Origin: an uncultured Verrucomicrobiota bacterium
GTDB lineage: Bacteria; Verrucomicrobiota; Verrucomicrobiia; CAZIPW01
Direction: 5' to 3'
DNA: 64,000 bases
Assembly: GCA_964541905.1 (NCBI GenBank)
Contig: CAZIRU010000001.1
Span: 2,870 to 66,869 of the forward strand
Shown here piece after piece: positions 52,493 to 60,363 of the stretch. The notes below the pieces were generated by a model, which was not told the origin of the DNA, did no database searches, and saw only the letters and a list, made by a program, of their open reading frames with translations. The number at the start of each line of letters is the position of its first letter. The stretch's first letter is position 1. The translations under genes were made by a program, and so were the position numbers.

Positions 52493-53617
52493 ATGAGTTT
52501 TGCACGCCTAACTTATGCCCCCACCGAAAAGAACGCCGATGCGTTTTATATCGCTGGGATAAACGTCGCCGATGCCTTTATAGGGCTGGAATTCGGCGGC
52601 AAATTTTACGCAGTGACACGCTCGCTGGAGCTGGGGAATTTCAAAAAACACAGCCGCGTTTCGAGGGTTTTCTCTTACGAGGCCCTCAAAAAGGAGCTTG
52701 GGATCTCGGCGAGCTTGGGCGGAATACTCGCCAGAGTTCTTGAGAAAATCGGCGCTTCGGGCATCGAGGTGGGGCAGGATTTTTCGGTCGGGCTTTTTCA
52801 AGAGCTTCGCCGCAACGTCAGGGCACGCATCGCCAAGGGAGCGCTCTTCCCCGAACGCATCATCAAATCCGTCGCCGAACAGACCGAAATTCGCAAGGCC
52901 AATAGCATCCTCGCGGAAGGCTTCGCGCTGGTAGCCGAGACGCTTCGCAGCGCTCAAATTCGCAAGGGAAAGCTCTTTTGGAAGAGCCAAGCGCTTACCA
53001 GCGAACTTTTGCGCAAACGCTTACAGCTCTTCTTTTTTGAAAAAGGGCTCTTGCCGCCGTCTGATCTCATTGTCGCCGGAGGCGCTCAGGCATGCGATCC
53101 TCATTGCAGCGGCTTTGGCCCGCTCAAGCCCCGCGAACTTATCGTCGTGGATCTCTTTGCTCCGCTGCAAAAAACACACCTTTGGGGGGACATGACGCGC
53201 ACCTTCATCAAAGGCACGCCCTCCCCCGCCCAAGCGGCCCTTGTCGAGGCAGTCGCCGCAGCTCAAAAGTGGGCGATCCGCTCGCTAAAGCCCGGCGCAC
53301 GCGGTCAAAAAATCCATGCGGGAGTCGAAAGCCTCTTTGAGGCGGAGGGATACCACACCCGTCGAAGAGCAAAAGGCTACGAGGGGTTTTTTCACGGGAC
53401 CGGCCATGCCCTTGGGCTTGAATGCCACGACAATAGCGGCTTTGACAATGGCCTTTCCACCCGCCCAAAGCCCCCCTTGCGCGTGGGTGAAGTCTTAACC
53501 GTCGAGCCCGGGCTGTACTATCGCGAAATCGGCGGCTGCCGCATCGAGGACAATGGCGTGGTAACGCAAGAGGGTTTTCGCCTCCTTTCCAAGGCCCCCT
53601 ATGAATGGGTATTATAA
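52493..53617 (+). CDS. M24-family metallopeptidase (Xaa-Pro aminopeptidase/prolidase-like)
   Basis: Pita-bread metal ligand motifs HGTGHALGLECHD, VLTVEPGLYY, GGCRIEDNGVVT; start at ATG 52493 (ORF track starts 52250, overlapping the convergent DUF192 gene). Confidence 0.8.
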   Translation: MSFARLTYAPTEKNADAFYIAGINVADAFIGLEFGGKFYAVTRSLELGNFKKHSRVSRVFSYEALKKELGISASLGGILARVLEKIGASGIEVGQDFSVGLFQELRRNVRARIAKGALFPERIIKSVAEQTEIRKANSILAEGFALVAETLRSAQIRKGKLFWKSQALTSELLRKRLQLFFFEKGLLPPSDLIVAGGAQACDPHCSGFGPLKPRELIVVDLFAPLQKTHLWGDMTRTFIKGTPSPAQAALVEAVAAAQKWAIRSLKPGARGQKIHAGVESLFEAEGYHTRRRAKGYEGFFHGTGHALGLECHDNSGFDNGLSTRPKPPLRVGEVLTVEPGLYYREIGGCRIEDNGVVTQEGFRLLSKAPYEWVL

Positions 53618-53665
53618 AAACCCTTTAGCCTCGCATTCTCCAAATCCTTTGCCTAGTATAGGCTA

Positions 53666-54469
53666 ATGGAGCCGGACCCTCGAAATCTCATAAGTCGCTG
53701 CAAAACAAATCCATCTGACGCAGATTGCCGCAAAAAGCTTTCCCTCTGGCTCACACAGAGCATACACAACAGGAACGCGCACAAGACCTCGCAAACCGAC
53801 CGGATTGGCACACTCCTTCAGCTCCATACGGCCGGAGTCTTGGTCTTTCACAAACACTCCGAGGCATCCTCACGGCTAGGAAGCCTCTTTTTAAGAGATA
53901 CGACAAAGGTTCCTTTTGAATATCGGCGGCTCTTTTTGGGGCTTGGACATTTTCTGCAAGGCGCCACACTCTCAAATTACACCCGTAGCGTACAAGAATA
54001 TACGAAAGCGGCACGCCTGCCTGTTATCGAAGAATATCTCTCTTCCACGCATCATATAGCTCCCAACGCAGAGCTTCGTCGCGCGATGCGTCTGGGGCTT
54101 ATTTTTGGCGCCGATGTTTTTTCCATCCAAGCGCTGGGCGCCGCACATTGGGCGGAAAGCGAATGGCTCGCCCAAAAGGGCGCTATTGCGCGCGCAAAAT
54201 TATATTGGCATGAGCATAGCATTTTTTTAAAACGGTGCGGCCTGGCTGCGGAAACATACTTGCAATCCCCCGAAACGCTCCAGAGCCAGAAGGGCCGCTT
54301 GGAGGCAGAACGCGACACGCAATTCCGCCGCCTGCTTGGTGAAAATTTTCACATAGGCATGCACAAAGGCACTTTTGTCTATAAGCCCAAGCTTTGGGCA
54401 CGGGACGTCTCGCGCACCGATGGCGAGCGAGTTGGCCCGCTCAGCAAAAACTCGGAACCCAATCTTTAG
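53666..54469 (+). CDS. Hypothetical protein
   Basis: 267-aa ORF with no recognisable motif; convergent with ligA (4-nt overlap). Confidence 0.35.
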   Translation: MEPDPRNLISRCKTNPSDADCRKKLSLWLTQSIHNRNAHKTSQTDRIGTLLQLHTAGVLVFHKHSEASSRLGSLFLRDTTKVPFEYRRLFLGLGHFLQGATLSNYTRSVQEYTKAARLPVIEEYLSSTHHIAPNAELRRAMRLGLIFGADVFSIQALGAAHWAESEWLAQKGAIARAKLYWHEHSIFLKRCGLAAETYLQSPETLQSQKGRLEAERDTQFRRLLGENFHIGMHKGTFVYKPKLWARDVSRTDGERVGPLSKNSEPNL

Positions 54470-56484
54470 CTGTTTTCTTGCAGCAACCTTTTGAACGCTT
54501 CTTCGTCGAGAATCGCCACGCCTAGCGTCCGAGCTTTTTCGAGTTTGCTACCTGCGCGCTCACCTGCAATTACCGCGTCGGTGTTTTTGCTGACAGAGTC
54601 CACGACCTTGCCCCCCATAAGCTCCAGCCGCTCCTTGGCTTGTTCGCGCGTAAATTCGTGCAACTCGCCCGTCAACACGAACTTCTTTCCCGCCAAGGGG
54701 CCCTCGCCATTGCGCCGCACCTCGCGCGCAATTGTATTGACGCCATATTTCTTCAGTTGCACCAATAGCTCTTTGTTTTTTTCATCGGCAAAATACCCTG
54801 CAATGCTTTTGGCCATGCATTCTCCAATGCCATCCATCTCCAAAAGGCTCTCCGCCGCCGCACTGGCGAGAGAATCGAGGCTACCAAAATGTGCCGCGAG
54901 CTCTTGGGCGACTGTTTCGCCGACTTGCGGAATCCCCAGCGCGTGCAAGAGCCGCCAGAGGTCGTTTTGCTTGCTTTTTTCGATCGCAGAAAGGAGATTG
55001 AGCGCCGACTTCTCAGCAAACCCCTCAAGCGAAAGCAGTTCGCGAATGCCGAGGGCATAAAGATCCCCCGGCGTTTTGACAAGCTCGCGGCCGACAAGCT
55101 GCGCCACGACCGCTTCGCCCAGCCCATCAATCGCCATGGCGTTGCGGCTGGCAAAGTGTTCAAGCGAACGCTTGCGCTGCTCGGGGCAGTCGGGATTGGG
55201 GCATCTCCACGCCACTTCATCTTCAACGCGCATCACAAGGGCCCCGCAGCTTGGACAACTTTTCGGGAACTCGTAGGGAACGCTCTCCATCGGACGTTTT
55301 TGCAATACGACCGCCACAACCGCCGGAATCACCTCGCCCGCTTTTTCGATAACGACGGTGTCGCCCACGCGGATATCTTTGCGCGCGATTTCGTCGGCAT
55401 TGTGCAGCGTCGCGCGCGCAACCGTGCTGCCGGAGAGCTCTACGGGGTCAAGTTCCGCCACAGGAGTCAGCACCCCTGTGCGACCCACCTGGATTGTGAT
55501 GGCACGCAGCTTGGTTTCGGCGCGCTCGGGAGCATATTTATAAGCGAAAGCCCAACGCGGCGAACGCGCGGTAAAGCCTGCGTCAAGCTGTTGCGCAAAA
55601 GAGTTGAGCTTAATGACAGCGCCGTCCGTTGGATACAAAAACCCCTTCCGGAGCGCATCCAGCTCTTCAATTTTTGCCCACGCCTCTTGGATGCCAGCGG
55701 CTTTCCACCAATGCGCCTGCGCCGGAAATTCATGTGCGGCAAGAAACTCCAAAAGCTCGCTTTGCGAGGCAAACTGCTCGCGTCCCGCGCCTAAAGCGTA
55801 AAAGACCACACGCAACCCCCGTTGCGCCACTTCCGAGACATCGTCCTTGAGCTTGAGCGTTCCCGCAGCGAGATTTCGCGGATTGGCGTAGAGTTCCAAT
55901 CCAGCCTCCTCGCGCTCGGCATTTATCTTCTCAAACTGCTCATGCGTCAAATAAACCTCTCCGCGCAATTCGACAAGTGATGACATTTTTTCGATTGGCC
56001 ATTCGCGCGGCACACTCGCTATCGTCAAAAAATTTTGCGTAACCACTTCGCCCTCTTCCCCGTCCCCGCGAGTAACGGCGCGTACAAGTTTGCCATTCTC
56101 GTAAACCACCGAAATGCTCAGCCCGTCCACCTTTGGCTCCACCACATATTCAAGCGACACACCCTCGTGGGCCAGCGCGCGGCGCAATCGGCTATCAAAC
56201 CCCTCCAACTCCTCTCGCGAGTAGCTATTTTCTAGGCTTAACATTGGCGTTTTGTGCCGAACGGTGGGCATCTCTCCTGTCAGGTCGCTGCCAACCCCTG
56301 CCGTTGGAGACGCTGCCGACTTGAGCTGCGGATGCGCCGTCTCCAGAGCTTCTAACTGTTTCTTGAGGAAATCGTATTCCATATCGGCCATCGCCGGACG
56401 ATTTTCCTTATAATACAGCCGATCCATCTCCGCTATTTGCTCGCGGAGCTTTTTTATTTGGCGTTCGGGAGTCAGCTTGGCCAT
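54466..56484 (-). CDS. ligA: NAD-dependent DNA ligase LigA
   Basis: Adenylation domain with active-site lysine in VVEPKVDGLSISVVYENG, Zn-finger Cys cluster (CPSCGALV...CPNPDC), HhH and C-terminal BRCT; start at ATG 56484. Confidence 0.95.
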   Translation of the reverse strand: MAKLTPERQIKKLREQIAEMDRLYYKENRPAMADMEYDFLKKQLEALETAHPQLKSAASPTAGVGSDLTGEMPTVRHKTPMLSLENSYSREELEGFDSRLRRALAHEGVSLEYVVEPKVDGLSISVVYENGKLVRAVTRGDGEEGEVVTQNFLTIASVPREWPIEKMSSLVELRGEVYLTHEQFEKINAEREEAGLELYANPRNLAAGTLKLKDDVSEVAQRGLRVVFYALGAGREQFASQSELLEFLAAHEFPAQAHWWKAAGIQEAWAKIEELDALRKGFLYPTDGAVIKLNSFAQQLDAGFTARSPRWAFAYKYAPERAETKLRAITIQVGRTGVLTPVAELDPVELSGSTVARATLHNADEIARKDIRVGDTVVIEKAGEVIPAVVAVVLQKRPMESVPYEFPKSCPSCGALVMRVEDEVAWRCPNPDCPEQRKRSLEHFASRNAMAIDGLGEAVVAQLVGRELVKTPGDLYALGIRELLSLEGFAEKSALNLLSAIEKSKQNDLWRLLHALGIPQVGETVAQELAAHFGSLDSLASAAAESLLEMDGIGECMAKSIAGYFADEKNKELLVQLKKYGVNTIAREVRRNGEGPLAGKKFVLTGELHEFTREQAKERLELMGGKVVDSVSKNTDAVIAGERAGSKLEKARTLGVAILDEEAFKRLLQENS

Positions 56485-56867
56485 TAGAAAATCTTTGTTT
56501 GAAGCAATTTTCGATACCCCTTGATCTGGTAGAGTCCCCACGCAAGCGCCGCCCCTCCGATACCCCACAAAGCGTCATCCACGTTGGACGACCGCCCGGG
56601 AATCCAATACTGGACTACCTCAATAAGAACCGCGACGAGCGCGCAACCGGCCAAAACCGGCCACCCACGCCATTTTTGAGATAAAAGCGTCGCGAGCGCG
56701 CCAAGATAAATGGCATGCGCCGCCTTGTCCATGTAGGGCCACTGCATAGGCTTGAATTGCGAAATATCCCCCGTCGTCCCCGCAAAGATGGCCACCAACA
56801 GAACTCCCACCCATATCCAAAAACTGGCATCTTTGAAGTTCAGCATAGGGAAGGAGTTTAGCCCCAT
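56484..56867 (-). CDS. VanZ-like membrane protein
   Basis: Small multi-TM protein (WIWVGVLLVAIFAG...ALVAVLIEVVQYWIPGRSSNVDDALWGIGGAALAW); start uncertain (56867, 56846 or 56948); its stop overlaps the ligA start (TAATG). Confidence 0.5.
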   Translation of the reverse strand: MGLNSFPMLNFKDASFWIWVGVLLVAIFAGTTGDISQFKPMQWPYMDKAAHAIYLGALATLLSQKWRGWPVLAGCALVAVLIEVVQYWIPGRSSNVDDALWGIGGAALAWGLYQIKGYRKLLQTKIF

Positions 56868-56963
56868 CGCGCCTCCAAAGCAATCTCCAAGCCCCTCCTC
56901 TTGCCGCCTCCGTGCGCGCAACCTTGACTTTCTATCTCGCCTATGCAATAATAGCTCTTCTTG

Positions 56964-57037
56964 CGGGCTGTAGCGTAGCCTGGTAGCGCGCTTGCATGGG
57001 GTGCAAGAGGTCGCGAGTTCGAATCTCGCCAGCCCGA
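56964..57037 (+). tRNA. tRNA-Pro (anticodon GGG)
   Basis: Acceptor CGGGCTG/CAGCCCG, D-loop AGCCTGGTA, anticodon stem CTTGC/GCAAG with loop ATGGGGT, T-arm GCGAGTTCGAATCTCGC; TTGACT-17-ATAATA promoter-like element upstream. Confidence 0.8.
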
Positions 57038-57052
57038 AAATCTTTCATCTCT

Positions 57053-57439
57053 ATGCCCAAAGAAATAAAGCTCGTCATTGAAATTAAAAGGTCAGCCTCA
57101 GACGTATTTCAGTTTACAACCAATCCGCAAAATACGCCTCTTTGGATAGATTCTATCGTAGTTGAAAAAGCTTCAGAGTTCCCGCCCAAAACAGGAACTG
57201 TTTACAAAAACAAAGGCAGCGAGGATGTTTGGAGTACCTATGTTGTTGTAGATTGCCAGCCCGATAAGCTCTTTGAGCTGGCCATGACAAATTCAGACTA
57301 TCACGTCCGCTACACTTATACGCCATTGGACGCAGAAACCACTTTATTGGAATATTTCGAGTGGGTGGATCAAGGAGAGCTTCAAGCCCCCTTCACTAAC
57401 GAAACACTACAAAAGTTAAAGAAAGTAATTGAAGCATAG
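57053..57439 (+). CDS. SRPBCC-family small protein
   Basis: 128-aa ORF starting immediately after tRNA-Pro; mixed beta/alpha pattern consistent with SRPBCC/polyketide-cyclase-like fold; lower GC than core genes; assignment by fold-level resemblance only. Confidence 0.4.
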   Translation: MPKEIKLVIEIKRSASDVFQFTTNPQNTPLWIDSIVVEKASEFPPKTGTVYKNKGSEDVWSTYVVVDCQPDKLFELAMTNSDYHVRYTYTPLDAETTLLEYFEWVDQGELQAPFTNETLQKLKKVIEA

Positions 57440-57669
57440 CAAGCTTTCGAATCTGGGGCCTTGAGCTTTTTCACGGATGGAAAATAGGCATTGACGAGCC
57501 GCCTTCTGCGCGACAGAATATCAGCCATGGGAAAACTTAGCGATTTACTCTCTCCAAATAAAAGCTGGGGTGTCCAGACTGTGCAAGATTTTGTGCGCCT
57601 GCCCGGGCTCATCACTCCGCTTATGTTTGCTGCTCCGAGCTTGCGCCGCTCACTATAAACGATTTTGTA

Positions 57670-57942
57670 ATGCTCGATTTGCTCCATGCGGAAGCACATC
57701 GCATCATTCTTTGGTGTGGAACCTCCGGCCAAGAAAGCGCCGCAATTGCCAACATTGATAGGGCTATCGGCAAATATTCCTTCGGCGGCTCAAGACCAAG
57801 CGATGAAATATTAAAAGTTTCTCGCTGGCTGGCTTGCAAAGATCCTAATGAGGCCAAGGCGTTCTGGGCCGACTTGTTCGCCAAAAACAGAGTAAACTTG
57901 AACACCCTTGAGGAGGACGTTGCCGCGAGAATCGCATCTTAG
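57670..57942 (+). CDS. Hypothetical protein, possibly 3-prime part of a frameshifted gene
   Basis: 90-aa ORF; an upstream 44-codon ORF (57527-57658) in another frame may be its disrupted N-terminus; overlapping minus-strand ORFs make the call uncertain. Confidence 0.25.
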   Translation: MLDLLHAEAHRIILWCGTSGQESAAIANIDRAIGKYSFGGSRPSDEILKVSRWLACKDPNEAKAFWADLFAKNRVNLNTLEEDVAARIAS

Positions 57943-57988
57943 TCCTCAAGCTCGACTTCGCTGGGGACTTCCCCTACCCTAGGATGAA

Positions 57989-58603
57989 ATGCCTCTCGTC
58001 CAGCAGCTCAGCCCCTCCAAAAAGCTTTCCATGCGCTTGGGAGTGCTTCTTTTCCGACTTCTGCTTTTGACTTTGCGCGTAAGGCTCTCCGAGAACGCCC
58101 TCGCCTTTAAAAATTCGAATCCCCGCCGATCTCTTATCCTCTTGTGGCACAATCGCTTAGCTTTGGCCCTCGCGGCTTTTTCGAGCCACGGCCCAGCGCT
58201 TCCCTTAACAGGACTCGTGAGCGCCTCGGCGGATGGTGCCATCCTCGATTTTGTCATGCGCGCCTTTGGCATCGAGACGGCCCGCGGCTCCTCTTCGCGT
58301 CGCGCCGTCGAGGCCACGCGGGAGCTTTTCGAGGCACTCGAACAAGGCCGCAACATTGTTATTACCCCCGACGGCCCTCGAGGCCCCTGCTATCAAGTCA
58401 AGCCGGGCGCCGCACAAATCGCCTCGGAACATGTCGAGCAAACCTACATTTTGGGCCTCAAAGTTTCGCGCGCGTGGAAGCTGCGCTCGTGGGATGGCTT
58501 TCTTGTGCCCAAACCCTTTGCGACGGTGACCGTCGATATTGCCGCCGCAGGCGAACGCACGCCCGAAGCGCTCAAAAACGCCCTCGACCAGCTCAATAAC
58601 TGA
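57989..58603 (+). CDS. DUF374/lysophospholipid acyltransferase-like protein
   Basis: Motifs LILLWHNRLALA and NIVITPDGPRGP resemble the DUF374 family often linked to Kdo-lipid A genes. Confidence 0.5.
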   Translation: MPLVQQLSPSKKLSMRLGVLLFRLLLLTLRVRLSENALAFKNSNPRRSLILLWHNRLALALAAFSSHGPALPLTGLVSASADGAILDFVMRAFGIETARGSSSRRAVEATRELFEALEQGRNIVITPDGPRGPCYQVKPGAAQIASEHVEQTYILGLKVSRAWKLRSWDGFLVPKPFATVTVDIAAAGERTPEALKNALDQLNN

Positions 58604-58654
58604 CAAAAAAGCCGCCAGCAAGCGCCGACGGCTTTGAAAGTTGGCTGCGCGGCC

Positions 58655-59077
58655 CTAGAATACCGGACGGAAAACAACCTTTGACCCCGCTTTGGCCTGG
58701 ACATTGCTGCCCTGCTGCCAAACTTGGTCGTTGAGGAGGACCTTGAATTCGAGATTCTCTTTACTGTCGCTCGTCCATACCCACGTGCGGTTTTGATATT
58801 CCATCGGCTGGCTTTTCTCCCAGCTTAAGCCGGCCCCCTGCCCGCGGATGCTGAGGCTATTGCCATAGCCCACGTCGATCTGGGCAACCACTTGGGTGGC
58901 GCCGGAAGTTGACTTGGAGGCTTTCGGCGCAAACGGGTTCATTTTGGAAAAGTTGGACTTCTGCGATTGCGGTTTTTCGGGCAGTTCGGCAACAGCAATA
59001 GAGCTTTGGCAGGAGGATCCTGCTTGGGAGGCGCAGCAAGAAGATTTCTTGCTATTGGATTTTTTAGGAGCTGGCAT
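58655..59077 (-). CDS. Hypothetical protein with Lys/Ser-rich N-terminus
   Basis: N-terminal low-complexity basic region (PKKSNSKKSS...) and Trp-containing beta-rich C-terminal half; no family recognised. Confidence 0.3.
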   Translation of the reverse strand: MPAPKKSNSKKSSCCASQAGSSCQSSIAVAELPEKPQSQKSNFSKMNPFAPKASKSTSGATQVVAQIDVGYGNSLSIRGQGAGLSWEKSQPMEYQNRTWVWTSDSKENLEFKVLLNDQVWQQGSNVQAKAGSKVVFRPVF

Positions 59078-59178
59078 AAGATTCTATTGGGTTTATCGTC
59101 TTTTAAACACCCCTACGGCCAATTTGGCAAGCGATTTCGAGAGATTTTCTTTGGGAAGTTCCGACCGGAGGGGGCTAT

Positions 59179-59412
59179 TTAGAGCTTCTTGTATAAGTTT
59201 GACACAGTCGTATTTAAAACTTTTGCAAAAACAACAACCTCTCTATCAAGCACGTTTCTGAATTGAGATTCTATTTGGGCCATCGTATCGCGAGTTATAT
59301 CCAGCCCATTTAGCTGGCATTTTACAGCCAACTCGCGCTGCGTAAGCCCAATAGCAATTCTATGCTTGCGGATTATCGGGCCGACAATATTTCGGTCTTT
59401 TTTCTTTTTCAT
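59179..59412 (-). CDS. XRE-family helix-turn-helix transcriptional regulator
   Basis: HTH_XRE pattern IRKHRIAIGLTQRELAVKCQLNGLDITRDTMAQIE; 77 aa; AT-rich context. Confidence 0.6.
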   Translation of the reverse strand: MKKKKDRNIVGPIIRKHRIAIGLTQRELAVKCQLNGLDITRDTMAQIESQFRNVLDREVVVFAKVLNTTVSNLYKKL

Positions 59413-59492
59413 AGCGATTCGCCAATGTTATCAGAGAATCACTATTGACTTGTGAACGTGGAATCACACAATGGAATTACTTCCAGCGAAGT

Positions 59493-59621
59493 ATGAGTTT
59501 CATAACGGCCATAAAATGTATCGCCTCTATATTGTTTTGGAGCTTTATTGTGCTCCTAATTATAGCGGTACTTTTGTTTCCTTTCTATCTGATAGGATAT
59601 TTTCACAAGGACGATGATTGA
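59493..59621 (+). CDS. Putative small hydrophobic peptide (42 aa) divergent from the XRE regulator
   Basis: MSFITAIKCIASILFWSFIVLLIIAVLLFPFYLIGYFHKDDD: one TM helix with acidic tail; not in ORF track (below 60 aa); could be a chance ORF in AT-rich DNA. Confidence 0.25.
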   Translation: MSFITAIKCIASILFWSFIVLLIIAVLLFPFYLIGYFHKDDD

Positions 59622-59652
59622 CTTGTTTTTGGGGCCGACCCACGCTTTGCTT

Positions 59653-59741
59653 ACCAGCCGCATTGACAAGATCTCCCCTTTGCCTTTAGGCTATTTATCT
59701 CTTTAGCGGGGTCTTAGCTTTCGTTGGTAGAGCGACTGGTT
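59653..59741 (+). repeat. Degenerate partial duplicate of tRNA-Ala upstream region plus 5-prime half
   Basis: About 89 nt matching 59827-59914 with roughly 6 differences; includes TTGACA and the tRNA 5-prime half through the anticodon stem (GGGGTCTTAGCT...GAGCGACTGGTT). Confidence 0.7.
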
Positions 59742-59881
59742 GATTCGGCCCGCCGGCCTCACCCCTTCGGGGCGCTCCGCTCACGCTGCGCGTCTGATGG
59801 CGTACTCGCCATCATCGCCAAGGCTCACCAGCCGCATTGACAAGACCGCCCCTTTGCCTTTAGGCTATTCATCTCTTTAGA

Positions 59882-59954
59882 GGGGTCTTAGCTCAGTTGG
59901 TAGAGCGACTGGTTCGCAATCAGTAGGTCAGGGGTTCGAATCCCCTAGGCTCCA
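59882..59954 (+). tRNA. tRNA-Ala (anticodon CGC)
   Basis: Acceptor GGGGTCT/AGGCTCC with the G3:U70 pair characteristic of tRNA-Ala, D-arm GCTCAGTTGGTAGAGC, anticodon loop TTCGCAA, T-arm AGGGGTTCGAATCCCCT. Confidence 0.85.
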
Positions 59955-59964
59955 CAGAGCTTCT

Positions 59965-60363
59965 CTACACTTCCAGCAGGATTTTCTCGACCTTCTTCGC
60001 TTTGTTGCAGGTTCGTTCTACGCCCCTCGTCGCCTCATTGAAGCTTCTCTGATCTATTCCGAGGGCCTTCACCCAATCCGAAACACGCTTGAAGGGAATT
60101 TTACGGTCTAATGCTGCCGGAAGATGAATGCAGCTCGAACGCCCACCCGCTTGTACGGAAGGCAATTTACCAGCCAGCTTGTCCGGCAGCTGCAACCTTA
60201 CACCCTTCCCTGCTGGAATAATCGCAACACCGAGGCTTCCCAAAATTTGTTGCACTCTTTCTCGCTTTATTTGAATGGGTAAGATATGCACTATTGTAAA
60301 GACAATTCTAGAGCTTTTTAGAAAAATTCTCTCAAATTCTACCCTACCCTCTCCGCAAGCCAC
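59965..60363 (-). CDS. Hypothetical protein adjacent to tRNA-Ala
   Basis: 132-aa ORF, no motif recognised; 25-nt overlap with the glyQS start makes its true start uncertain. Confidence 0.25.
   Translation of the reverse strand: MACGEGRVEFERIFLKSSRIVFTIVHILPIQIKRERVQQILGSLGVAIIPAGKGVRLQLPDKLAGKLPSVQAGGRSSCIHLPAALDRKIPFKRVSDWVKALGIDQRSFNEATRGVERTCNKAKKVEKILLEV

Noticed and set aside
57382-57905. Minus-strand ORFs 57382-57732 and 57621-57905
   Set aside because: They overlap each other and the plus-strand candidate ORFs, start inside the SRPBCC gene, and show no motifs; likely spurious.
59471-59617. Alternative 48-codon ORF (MELLPAKYEFHNGH...) overlapping the small hydrophobic peptide ORF
   Set aside because: It overlaps the putative operator palindrome and shows no membrane or motif features; the hydrophobic 42-codon frame was judged marginally more plausible, though both are uncertain.
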